DNA of 64,000 nucleotides from Candidatus Saccharicenans sp. (GTDB lineage Bacteria; Acidobacteriota; Aminicenantia; Aminicenantales; Saccharicenantaceae): NCBI GenBank assembly GCA_030018265.1, contig JASEFX010000002.1, positions 45,506 to 109,505 of the forward strand, read 5' to 3'. Shown piece by piece: positions 56,139 to 64,000 of this stretch (position 1 is its first letter; each line of letters starts with the position of its first letter). The notes under the pieces were generated by a model. It saw only the letters and a program-made list of their open reading frames with translations, ran no database searches and was not told where the DNA came from. The position numbers and the translations under genes were made by a program.

Positions 56139-57860
56139 ATGGAGATAATCGAAAAAATCAGGGCAGCCGCTTCAATTGTCGAAATCGCTTCTCAGTACAC
56201 CACCCTGAAAAAGCGGGGCAGAAAGTGGGTGGGACTGTGCCCCTTCCATTCTGAAAAAGACCCTTCCTTTACTGTGGACGAAGAAAAGCAGCTCTTCCAT
56301 TGTTTTGGCTGCGGTATAGGAGGCGACCTGTTTTCTCTGGTGATGGAAAAAGAAAACCTGACCTTCCCGGAAGCCGTACGATTTCTGGCAGAAAAATACA
56401 GAATTCCCCTGCCGGAATCCCGTCTTTCCGCCAGAGAATCCAGGTTGGAAGAAAAGATTTTCGAAATAAACGAAAAAGCTCTGAATTACTTCCGGGATAA
56501 CCTGTTCAAGACTGCCGAAGGAAAGAAAGCTCTCGAATATCTCAAATCCCGGGGGTTCAGCGAAGAAACCATAAAAAAATTAAAGCTCGGGTATGCCCTT
56601 AATTCCTGGGACGACCTTTTCCAGAAATTCAAACAAACTTACGGCCCGGGACTTCTGGAAAAAGCGGGGCTGATAATCCCCGGACAGAAAACCGGAGAAT
56701 ATCGGGACCGCTTCCGCGGCCGGATAATATTTCCGATATTCACCCTTACCGGCCGACCGGTGGCTTTCGGCGGCAGAACGATTTTTGACGCTCAGCCAAA
56801 ATACCTTAATTCTCCGGAAACCCAGAGTTTCACCAAGGGAAACATCCTGTACGGGCTCAATTTCACCCGTGATGAAATAAAAAAAGCCGGCGAGATGATC
56901 CTGGTCGAAGGCTATGCCGACTTTGCCGCTCTCTTCCAGGCGGGGATACAGAATGTGGCCGCCTCGATGGGGACAAGTCTCACCCCTCAGCAGGCCGCCC
57001 AGATAATACGCTACGCCCCCAGGGTTATCATCAATTATGATGGGGATGAAGCTGGCCTGAATGCCGCTCAGCGAGCGATTCCCATCTGTCTGGAAAAAGG
57101 GCTTCAGGTAAGAATTCTGGTGCTGCCGGAAAAACTTGACCCGGATGCCTTCCTGAAAAAGTACGGACCCGAGAAATATCTCAGCCTGGTCAGAAAATCA
57201 CCTGACTGGTTCCGTTTTCTTGTTCACCGGTATTCCAGCGGGGTCAATCTAAATCTTCCAGAAGAGAAAAGCCGGGTGGTCCGGCTTCTCGCCCAGGAAG
57301 TCCTGCGTATTCCCGACCCGATTGTGCGCAACGATTATTTGAAAAAAACCGCAGAGCATTTTCGGGTGGATGAGACCACCCTGAGGCAGATGGCAGAAGA
57401 GAAGAGCTCGCCGGCGGCCGGCCATCTGGAAGAAAAGGAATTGTTCCTGCCGGCTGAGAAACGCCTGCTTCAGCTTCTTTTCAACCAGCCGGAGATAGCC
57501 AGCCTGATACTTAACGAAATAGATATCGCCTGTTTCCAGGGGCTGGCCAGTGAGCCGGTTTTAAAATACATAACAGAATGCTTCAAGAAAGGAGAAGCCT
57601 GGAGCCTGAGTCAGTTCCAGGAAACAGCCGGGAGCAGGCTGGTCGGTCAGCTCTGCCGGATTCTTCAGGAAGACATTCCTGATGGCTCGATCGGAGAAGC
57701 TCTCGACTGCCTGAACACTCTGAAGAAAAGCAGTCTTCAGAAAAAGCTACAGGAAATTCAGAAAGAAATTGCCCGGGCTGAGAAAAAAGGCGATCAGGAC
57801 AGGCTGGTGAGCCTTCTCCGCCAGAAACATGAAATCACACTACAGATTTTGACTATATAG
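56139..57860 (+). CDS. dnaG: DNA primase
   Basis: 573 aa with a zinc ribbon (CPFHSEKDPSFTVDEEKQLFHCFGCG), a TOPRIM region (LVEGYADFAAL...NYDGDEAG) and adjacency to rpoD. Confidence 0.95.
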   Translation: MEIIEKIRAAASIVEIASQYTTLKKRGRKWVGLCPFHSEKDPSFTVDEEKQLFHCFGCGIGGDLFSLVMEKENLTFPEAVRFLAEKYRIPLPESRLSARESRLEEKIFEINEKALNYFRDNLFKTAEGKKALEYLKSRGFSEETIKKLKLGYALNSWDDLFQKFKQTYGPGLLEKAGLIIPGQKTGEYRDRFRGRIIFPIFTLTGRPVAFGGRTIFDAQPKYLNSPETQSFTKGNILYGLNFTRDEIKKAGEMILVEGYADFAALFQAGIQNVAASMGTSLTPQQAAQIIRYAPRVIINYDGDEAGLNAAQRAIPICLEKGLQVRILVLPEKLDPDAFLKKYGPEKYLSLVRKSPDWFRFLVHRYSSGVNLNLPEEKSRVVRLLAQEVLRIPDPIVRNDYLKKTAEHFRVDETTLRQMAEEKSSPAAGHLEEKELFLPAEKRLLQLLFNQPEIASLILNEIDIACFQGLASEPVLKYITECFKKGEAWSLSQFQETAGSRLVGQLCRILQEDIPDGSIGEALDCLNTLKKSSLQKKLQEIQKEIARAEKKGDQDRLVSLLRQKHEITLQILTI

Positions 57861-57902
57861 AAATGAATTATAAACGAGATAAAAACCCGAAGGAGGCTTC
57901 CA

Positions 57903-59573
57903 GTGTCTGACGACGAAAAATACTACAGCGACGAAATTCTCAGGCTAATTTCTAAAGGAAAAAGGCAGGGTTTTCTCTCCTGGGAAGAAATCGACCAGAC
58001 CCTGGGAGAAGAATTCGGGACGGGAGAAGAAATAGACGACTTCCTCAACTCTATGGGCAGTTTCGGAATCAAAATTCTTGACTCCCCACAGCGCGATTTA
58101 ATTACTGTTTCATCCGGGAAAACTGAGGTCTGCACCCGGGGGCTTGAAAGAACCACCGACCCGGTAAAACTTTATCTCCGGGAAATGGGAAACATTCCTC
58201 TGCTTACCCGTGAAGGCGAGATCGCTCTGGCCAGAGAAATTGAAAGGGGAGAAAAAACTATCATCAAAGCCCTGTCCAAGACCAGACTGGTGATCAACAA
58301 ACTGCTGGAAATAGAGAAAAAGATTAAAGAAATTCCGGAATGCCTGCAGGAGTATTTTGATTTCAACGATGAAGAGGTGGCCGAAGACAAGGTCTTCGAA
58401 AAACAGCAGGAAGTTCTGGGGCAGATCAAAGAAATAAAGGAGCTGGTCAGAAAACTGGAAGCCATTCCCGCCAGAAAAAAATTCAACATATCGCGCGGCC
58501 GGCTGATAATCAAAATAAGCCAGCTTATTCGTTCCCTCAACCTGCAGCCCGGAATGCGGGAAATGGTCATAGAGCAGATGAAGGATAAGCTGCGGGAAAT
58601 CAACGAACTCGAATATCGCCGCGACGAACTTAAACAACTGCTCGAACGCCGACAGCCCGAGAAAAAGAAGAAAACTTCTTCCCGGAAGAAAGCTCCGGTT
58701 CGCTCCCCTCGTGAAAGAAAAGAGATTGAGGAAGAAATCAGAAGAATCAACCGGGAAATCGGGAAAATAGAAAAAGAAATCGGTCTCGACTCACAGTCGC
58801 TGAAAAAAGCTGTTCGCAACATAATGATGGGAAAAAGCATCAGCGAACAGGCGAAAAAACAGCTGGTCGAAGCCAACCTGCGGCTGGTGGTGTCGATAGC
58901 GAAAAAGTACAGCAACCGGGGGCTGCAGTTCCTGGACCTCATCCAGGAAGGAAACATGGGGCTGATGAAGGCCGTGGATAAATTTGAATACCGGCGCGGC
59001 TACAAGTTTTCCACCTATGCCACCTGGTGGATAAGGCAGGCCATCACCAGAGCCATTGCTGACCAGGCGCGAACAATAAGAATACCGGTTCACATGATAG
59101 AAACCATCAACAAGCTGGTCCGTGTGTCGCGCCAGCTGGTACAGGAGCTCGGTCGCGAACCCACCTGCGAGGAAATAGCCAGGAAGATGGACATGCCGGT
59201 GAGCAAAGTGAGAAAAATCATAAAAATAGCTCAGGAACCTATCTCCCTGGAAACTCCGATCGGAGAGGAAGAAGACAGCCATCTGGGAGATTTCATCGAA
59301 GACAAGGTGATGCCCTCTCCTCCAGATCAGGTCATACATCAAAGCTTGAGAGAACATATTGAAGAAGCTCTAAAAACTCTCACTGATCGGGAAGCCAGAG
59401 TGCTGAAAATGCGATTCGGGCTTGGAGACGGAAACGAGCACACCTTAGAGGAAGTCGGCCAGCAGTTCCGGGTAACTCGAGAAAGAATTCGCCAGATAGA
59501 AGCCAAGGCTCTGCGCAAGCTGAAGCATCCAACCCGTTCGAAGAAACTGCGGTCGTTCACCAACAGCTTTTGA
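57903..59573 (+). CDS. rpoD: primary RNA polymerase sigma factor (sigma-70)
   Basis: 556 aa with a GTG start after AAGGAGG. It has regions 1.1-4, including [36 protein letters not shown] and [27 protein letters not shown]. Confidence 0.95.
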   Translation: MSDDEKYYSDEILRLISKGKRQGFLSWEEIDQTLGEEFGTGEEIDDFLNSMGSFGIKILDSPQRDLITVSSGKTEVCTRGLERTTDPVKLYLREMGNIPLLTREGEIALAREIERGEKTIIKALSKTRLVINKLLEIEKKIKEIPECLQEYFDFNDEEVAEDKVFEKQQEVLGQIKEIKELVRKLEAIPARKKFNISRGRLIIKISQLIRSLNLQPGMREMVIEQMKDKLREINELEYRRDELKQLLERRQPEKKKKTSSRKKAPVRSPRERKEIEEEIRRINREIGKIEKEIGLDSQSLKKAVRNIMMGKSISEQAKKQLVEANLRLVVSIAKKYSNRGLQFLDLIQEGNMGLMKAVDKFEYRRGYKFSTYATWWIRQAITRAIADQARTIRIPVHMIETINKLVRVSRQLVQELGREPTCEEIARKMDMPVSKVRKIIKIAQEPISLETPIGEEEDSHLGDFIEDKVMPSPPDQVIHQSLREHIEEALKTLTDREARVLKMRFGLGDGNEHTLEEVGQQFRVTRERIRQIEAKALRKLKHPTRSKKLRSFTNSF

Positions 59574-59639
59574 TCAGCCTGGACCGCCGGGCTACGGTTG
59601 ATTGACTAACCGCTGATTATCTGCTATAAAAACAAAAAA

Positions 59640-59714
59640 GGGCCTATAGCTCAGCGGCAGAGCTACCGGCTCATAACCGGCAGGTCCCAGGTTCGAATCC
59701 TGGTAGGCCCACCA
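59640..59714 (+). tRNA. tRNA with anticodon CAT (elongator tRNA-Met type, or tRNA-Ile2 if lysidine-modified); CCA encoded
   Basis: Manual fold: acceptor GGGCCTA/TAGGCCC (G1:C72 is paired, so it is not an initiator), D-arm GCTC AGCGGCA GAGC, anticodon loop CTCATAA, T-arm CCAGG TTCGAAT CCTGG, then ACCA. Confidence 0.85.
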
Positions 59715-59744
59715 GAAACGCAATTTGATCGATAGAGAATTAAA

Positions 59745-60497
59745 GTGGACGGAGTCGATGCTGAATTTGAAAAATTAATCCAGCTCCAGGAGCTGGATAA
59801 CGCCCTCAGGCAAAATACTGCCGAATTATCTGACATCCCCCGCCTCATACAGGAACTGGAAAAGAAGATACAGGCTGATTCCGAGCAGGTGGTGCGGGCT
59901 AAGGAAAAGCTAACTCAGAACCAGAAGAAGAGAAGAGAACTTGAAGCCGAGGTCAAAGATTTAAAAGCCCAGGTTTCCAGGTATAAGAAACAGCTGAACG
60001 AAGTAAAGAATAACAAAGAATACACCGCCCTGCTGAAAGAAATTCAGGAAACCCAGGAAAAGATTGACCGGCTGGAAGAGGAAATCATCAAAGAACTTCT
60101 GTCCGCTGACGAGATTGAAGAAGAAATCAGGCAGGCTACCCTCAATCAGAAAAATGAAGAACAGCATCTGCGTCAGGAAATCGAGGCTCTGCAGCAGAGA
60201 AAGCAGCAACTGGAACAGGAAAAGAGTCTTCTCCTGAAGCAGAAGGAAGAGCTCCTGCCCACAATCCCCCGCCAGCAATTACATCTATATCTCAGCATCG
60301 CCAGGAAAAGAGGCGGGATTGCCATTTCCCGGGTAACCGATGAATTCTGTTCGATGTGTCAGGTGAGAATCAGACCACAGATGCTGAACGAAATTCGCGA
60401 CCGCTCAAAAATCCACCTGTGCGAAAGCTGCGGACGTATTCTGTACTTCGATCACTCGGAAGAATCAGCCGGCGAAACGGAAGACTCATCCCGGTAA
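59745..60497 (+). CDS. coiled-coil protein with C-terminal C4 zinc ribbon (COG1579-like)
   Basis: 250 aa with a long heptad-rich region followed by CSMCQVRIRPQ...CESCGRILY. It starts at a GTG. Confidence 0.7.
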   Translation: MDGVDAEFEKLIQLQELDNALRQNTAELSDIPRLIQELEKKIQADSEQVVRAKEKLTQNQKKRRELEAEVKDLKAQVSRYKKQLNEVKNNKEYTALLKEIQETQEKIDRLEEEIIKELLSADEIEEEIRQATLNQKNEEQHLRQEIEALQQRKQQLEQEKSLLLKQKEELLPTIPRQQLHLYLSIARKRGGIAISRVTDEFCSMCQVRIRPQMLNEIRDRSKIHLCESCGRILYFDHSEESAGETEDSSR

Positions 60498-62263
60498 AGA
60501 CTTTCAATAAGTTCCCGGTAACGATTCTCCACCGCCGCCCTTCTTACTTTCAGGGTAGGAGTAATTTCCCCTTTCTCAATTTCCAGATCCCGGTCAAGCA
60601 GAGCTATCTTCTTTATTTTTTCGTAGGAAGCCAGGTTGCCGGTCATCCGGTCGATTTCACCCTGAACAAAGGCCACTATCTCGGGATTCCTTACGAGCTC
60701 CTGCCGGCTGGAGAAGCTGATTCCGCGGCTGCGGGCAAGTTCCTCCAGCTTTTCGAAATTAGGCACCACCAGAGCGGAAATAAACCGCCTTCTGTCTCCT
60801 ATAACCACTACCGTGCTTATGTAAGGTGAGGTTTTCAGGAGGTTTTCAATCGGCTGAGGAGCCACATTTTTCCCGCCGGAAGTCACGATCAGGTCCTTCT
60901 TGCGGTCGGTGATTACAAGAAAACCGTCCTCATCAAGGTAGCCAATGTCGCCTGTATGGAACCAGCCGCCTTCAAAAGCCTCGCGGGTAGCTTCTTCCTT
61001 TTTGTAATAACCCTTCATCACATTCGGACCGCGGGCCAGAATTTCGCCATCAGGAGCGATTTTAATCTCCACCTCTGGAATCGGGCGTCCCACCGTGCCG
61101 AATTTCAGAGCGCCGGGATGATTAACCGTCAGCACCGGGGCTGTTTCGGTTAAGCCATATCCTTCGTAAATCACCAGGCCAAGAGCGTAGAAAAACTCGG
61201 CTATGTCTTTAGCCAGAGGAGCTCCCCCGGAAATGAAGAATCGCACTCTGCCACCGGTTCTTTCTATTATCTTGCTGAAAACCAGCCGGTGCGCGATATT
61301 CCGCTTGAATCTTAGAATGGCTGGAATCTTCTCGCCGGCCAGGTCTTTCTGAGCGTATTTTCTTCCAATTTTGAGCGCCCAGAAAAAAATCTTCTTTTTC
61401 AGGGTTGAACTGCTCAGAACGTTATCCATCACCCTGGCATATATCTTTTCAAAAACCCGGGGAACGCTGACCATGATGTGCGGCCTGACCTCGAGCAGAT
61501 TCTGAGCGACCGTATCCACGCTCTCGGCAAAAGCCACCGTGGCTCCGGCATATAGATAGGAAAACATAACCATGCGTTCGAGAACGTGCGAGAGCGGAAG
61601 GAATGACAGGACCGTATCCCGGTAAGTAATATCAAACATGTCCACGCAGGTTTTCACGTTCGAAATAAAGTTGTGATGGGTGAGGATAACTCCTTTGGGT
61701 TCGCCGGTAGTTCCCGATGTGTAAATGAGAGAGGCTTCGTCTTCCGGTTTTACCCCTTCAGCCAGCTCCCGGAAAAGTCCAGGCCTTTCGGCCTCAACCT
61801 GGCACCCGGTTTCCAGCAGGCGGTCAAAATTTAAGTAACCTGGAATCTCCCCCTCCTCAAAAGTGATATAGTGCCGCACCTGAGTCAGGTTAGGCCTTAT
61901 GCTTTCAATCTTCGCCCGCTGTTCCGCACTGGAGACAACCACCACTACCGCATCCGAATCTTTGATGATGTACTCCGCCTGAGGAGCCGTGAGAGAAGTG
62001 TAAATCGGAACCGTCAACCCGCCCTGACAGATGGTGGCAAAATCCGTCATCACCCATTCGGGCCGGTTCTCAGAAAGGACGATTAACTTATCCCCCTTCC
62101 TGAAGCCAAGTTGATGCAGGGCAAGCGCCAGATGAACAACTTTTTTTTCAAATTCTTCTGTTGAAATCGGCAGATACTTACCCTCTTTTTTATAAAGCAT
62201 CAGGTCAGGCTTCCGGTAGGAGCTGACAGTGTTCAAAAAAAGCTGCGCCAAAGTTTCAACCAT
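60452..62263 (-). CDS. long-chain acyl-CoA synthetase (AMP-forming, ANL superfamily)
   Basis: It has the AMP-binding motifs LIYTSGTTGEPKGV, YGLTE and TGDIG...DRKKDLI. The ATG at 62263 (MVETLAQ...) is preceded by GGAGGG. The track ORF extends to a TTG at 62320. Confidence 0.85.
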   Translation of the reverse strand: MVETLAQLFLNTVSSYRKPDLMLYKKEGKYLPISTEEFEKKVVHLALALHQLGFRKGDKLIVLSENRPEWVMTDFATICQGGLTVPIYTSLTAPQAEYIIKDSDAVVVVVSSAEQRAKIESIRPNLTQVRHYITFEEGEIPGYLNFDRLLETGCQVEAERPGLFRELAEGVKPEDEASLIYTSGTTGEPKGVILTHHNFISNVKTCVDMFDITYRDTVLSFLPLSHVLERMVMFSYLYAGATVAFAESVDTVAQNLLEVRPHIMVSVPRVFEKIYARVMDNVLSSSTLKKKIFFWALKIGRKYAQKDLAGEKIPAILRFKRNIAHRLVFSKIIERTGGRVRFFISGGAPLAKDIAEFFYALGLVIYEGYGLTETAPVLTVNHPGALKFGTVGRPIPEVEIKIAPDGEILARGPNVMKGYYKKEEATREAFEGGWFHTGDIGYLDEDGFLVITDRKKDLIVTSGGKNVAPQPIENLLKTSPYISTVVVIGDRRRFISALVVPNFEKLEELARSRGISFSSRQELVRNPEIVAFVQGEIDRMTGNLASYEKIKKIALLDRDLEIEKGEITPTLKVRRAAVENRYRELIESLYRDESSVSPADSSE

Positions 62264-62344
62264 TCCTGCCCTCCTCAGAAAAATCAAGCAGATTTTACGA
62301 AATAGCCCGCTTAAAATCAAACAGAAAATTAAAGGGAGGCAGAC

Positions 62345-64000
62345 TCAGTCTTCTCTGACCTTGGCTATCGAACACACCCGGTCGTTATCCTCAAGCTGAA
62401 TCAGCCTGACTCCCTGAGTGGCCCGGCTGAGCGGTCTGATGTCGGTCGTCCTGATCCGGATGACCTTTCCGCTCACCGTGATGATCAGCAGGTCATCTTC
62501 ATTTACACCGACCATGGCTAAGGCCGGCCCGATCTTATCAGTAATCCTGAGGTTGATGACCCCCTGACCGCCCCGGCTATGGACAGGATAATCCTCGAGC
62601 GGCGTTTTCTTCCCGTAGCCCTTTTCGGATACGGTAAAAATATACCTGTCTTCCGGGCCGACAACGATCATGCTGATAACCCGGTCTTTTGGCTTCAGAG
62701 TAATCGCTTTTACACCTGCCGCCTGACGTCCCATCGGCCTGACCTTATTCTCTCTGAACCTGAGGGCCTTGCCCATCCTGGTGCCGATGATGATGTCATT
62801 TTTCCCGCTGGTCAGAGCAGCGGCAAACAGCTGGGTGTTTGGCTTGAGATTCATGGCGATGATTCCGCCCCGCCGCACATTCTTAAACTCGCTCAACCTG
62901 GTTTTCTTGATCTGGCCGCTGTCGCTCATGATGACCACGTACTGATCATCCTGGAATTCTTTCACCGCCAGAATGGACTGCACTTTCTCATCTGGCTGCA
63001 TTTCCAGCAGGTTGGCAATCGATTTTCCCCTTCCTGACGGGCCGGCCTCGGGAACATCCAGAGCCTTCAACCAGTACATCCGGCCTTTATTAGTGAAAAC
63101 CAGAAGGAAGGAATGGGTCGAACTGATAAACAGGTTCTCCACCACATCTTCCGCCTTCATCTCTATGCCCTTGCGTCCTTTGCCACCCCGGCTCTGGTAA
63201 CGGTAAACGCTGAGCGGCGTGCGCTTGATATAGCCGGACCTGGTGAAGACAATCGCCACATCTTCTTCCTTAATCAGGTCTTCGGCTTTTATTTCGGTGA
63301 TGACCTCATCCCTGATTTCGGTGCGTCTCTCATCCTGGTATTCTTCTTTAATCTGTTTCAGTTCATCCTTGATTATCTGAAGGACCATTTCCGGACTTTT
63401 CAGAATAAGCTTGAGTTTCTTGATCAGTGCTAGCAAATCCTGGTGCTCCTGAACGATCTTCTGCCTTTCCAGTCCGGTCAATCTCTGGAGTTGCATCTCC
63501 AGAATGGCCTGCGCCTGGATGGCTGTAAGCTTGAACTTGCTCATCAGGCCATTTTTAGCTTCTTCCACTGTTTTCGATGCTCTGATCAGAGCAATTACCG
63601 CATCCAGGTAATCAAGAGCTATCAGCAAGCCCTCGAGCACATGCGCCCGGTGTTCGGCTTTTTTCAGGTCGTGCCTCGTCCGGCGAATGATGACATCCCG
63701 CCGGTGGGCGATGAAGTGGTTCATCATATCCAGCAGGTTCAGGAGTTTTGGCTGCCTGTCAACTATAGCCAGCATGATGATGCCAAATGATGTCTGCAGC
63801 GCGGTATGTTTGTACAGGTTGTTCAGGATGATTTCCGGAAGCTCGCCTTTTTTGACCTCTATTACCACCCGGATGCCTTCGCGGCTGGACTCATCTCTGA
63901 TATCGGCAATACCTTCAATTTTCTTGTTGTTTACCAGATCAGCAATGTTTTCCAGCAACCGGGCTTTGTTCACACCATAAGGAATCTCCACTATAACGAT
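62345..64000 (-). CDS. gyrA: DNA gyrase subunit A, C-terminal ~550 aa (N-terminus lies beyond the window end)
   Basis: The ORF is open to the window edge. It has the tower/coiled-coil region (RHDLKKAEHRAHVLEGL) and C-terminal beta-pinwheel blades, including a GyrA-box-like QSRGGKGRKG. Confidence 0.9.
   Translation of the reverse strand: MVIVEIPYGVNKARLLENIADLVNNKKIEGIADIRDESSREGIRVVIEVKKGELPEIILNNLYKHTALQTSFGIIMLAIVDRQPKLLNLLDMMNHFIAHRRDVIIRRTRHDLKKAEHRAHVLEGLLIALDYLDAVIALIRASKTVEEAKNGLMSKFKLTAIQAQAILEMQLQRLTGLERQKIVQEHQDLLALIKKLKLILKSPEMVLQIIKDELKQIKEEYQDERRTEIRDEVITEIKAEDLIKEEDVAIVFTRSGYIKRTPLSVYRYQSRGGKGRKGIEMKAEDVVENLFISSTHSFLLVFTNKGRMYWLKALDVPEAGPSGRGKSIANLLEMQPDEKVQSILAVKEFQDDQYVVIMSDSGQIKKTRLSEFKNVRRGGIIAMNLKPNTQLFAAALTSGKNDIIIGTRMGKALRFRENKVRPMGRQAAGVKAITLKPKDRVISMIVVGPEDRYIFTVSEKGYGKKTPLEDYPVHSRGGQGVINLRITDKIGPALAMVGVNEDDLLIITVSGKVIRIRTTDIRPLSRATQGVRLIQLEDNDRVCSIAKVRED

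Noticed and set aside
1-64000. Searched by eye for CRISPR arrays, IS elements or transposases, integrases, reverse transcriptases/DGR template-variable repeats, toxin-antitoxin pairs and restriction-modification genes.
   Set aside because: I saw no regularly spaced repeats, no recombinase, transposase or RT-like ORFs, and no small paired ORFs with TA-like features. The only tandem repetition is intragenic (DUF4097 units, the TonB poly-Pro run).

Overview
This is a 64-kb chromosomal window of roughly 50% GC from a diderm bacterium, judged from a TonB-like gene, a beta-barrel OMP and Tat signals. A low-confidence guess is an uncultivated Acidobacteriota/Aminicenantes-like glycan degrader. I can support about 45 protein-coding genes and 2 tRNAs. 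I saw no rRNA, CRISPR array, IS element, integrase or obvious transcription-factor gene. (1) 212-17600 is almost entirely on the minus strand. It holds a glycan/GlcNAc utilisation block (GH116, NagA, YdjC-type deacetylase, MFS, SIS, ROK kinase, GH42, GH18), a sulfatase-like-TPR protein, a Tat-signal aldo/keto reductase with a ferredoxin domain, and an AEC transporter. (2) 17.8-22.1 kb holds exported proteins of poorly known function (SYLF, DUF4097 repeat protein, beta-lactamase-fold hydrolase). (3) 22.1-26.1 kb is a self-contained three-gene fructose-family PTS with a fused HPr-EI-EIIA protein. (4) A TonB-like gene is broken only by two in-frame TAA codons, and it is followed by carAB. (5) The standout is 32283-39844. 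It contains two consecutive giant ORFs (1186 aa and about 1328 aa) that I cannot place in any characterised family. The first has a twin-arginine signal, a coiled-coil segment and a Gly-rich beta-strand-like C-terminal module. (6) Next come photolyase with an SRPBCC protein, a beta-barrel OMP broken by one in-frame TAA, tRNA-Leu, hemerythrin, OsmC, a C69 dipeptidase and a 1338-aa GH38 alpha-mannosidase. (7) Then follow an inositol-3-phosphate synthase with a small CDP-alcohol phosphatidyltransferase, a GlmU-like gene and a TPR protein. (8) The last block is housekeeping: larB, dnaG, rpoD, tRNA-Met(CAT), a zinc-ribbon protein, an acyl-CoA synthetase and the 3' part of gyrA. All assignments come from reading motifs in the supplied translations. 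No database search was run.
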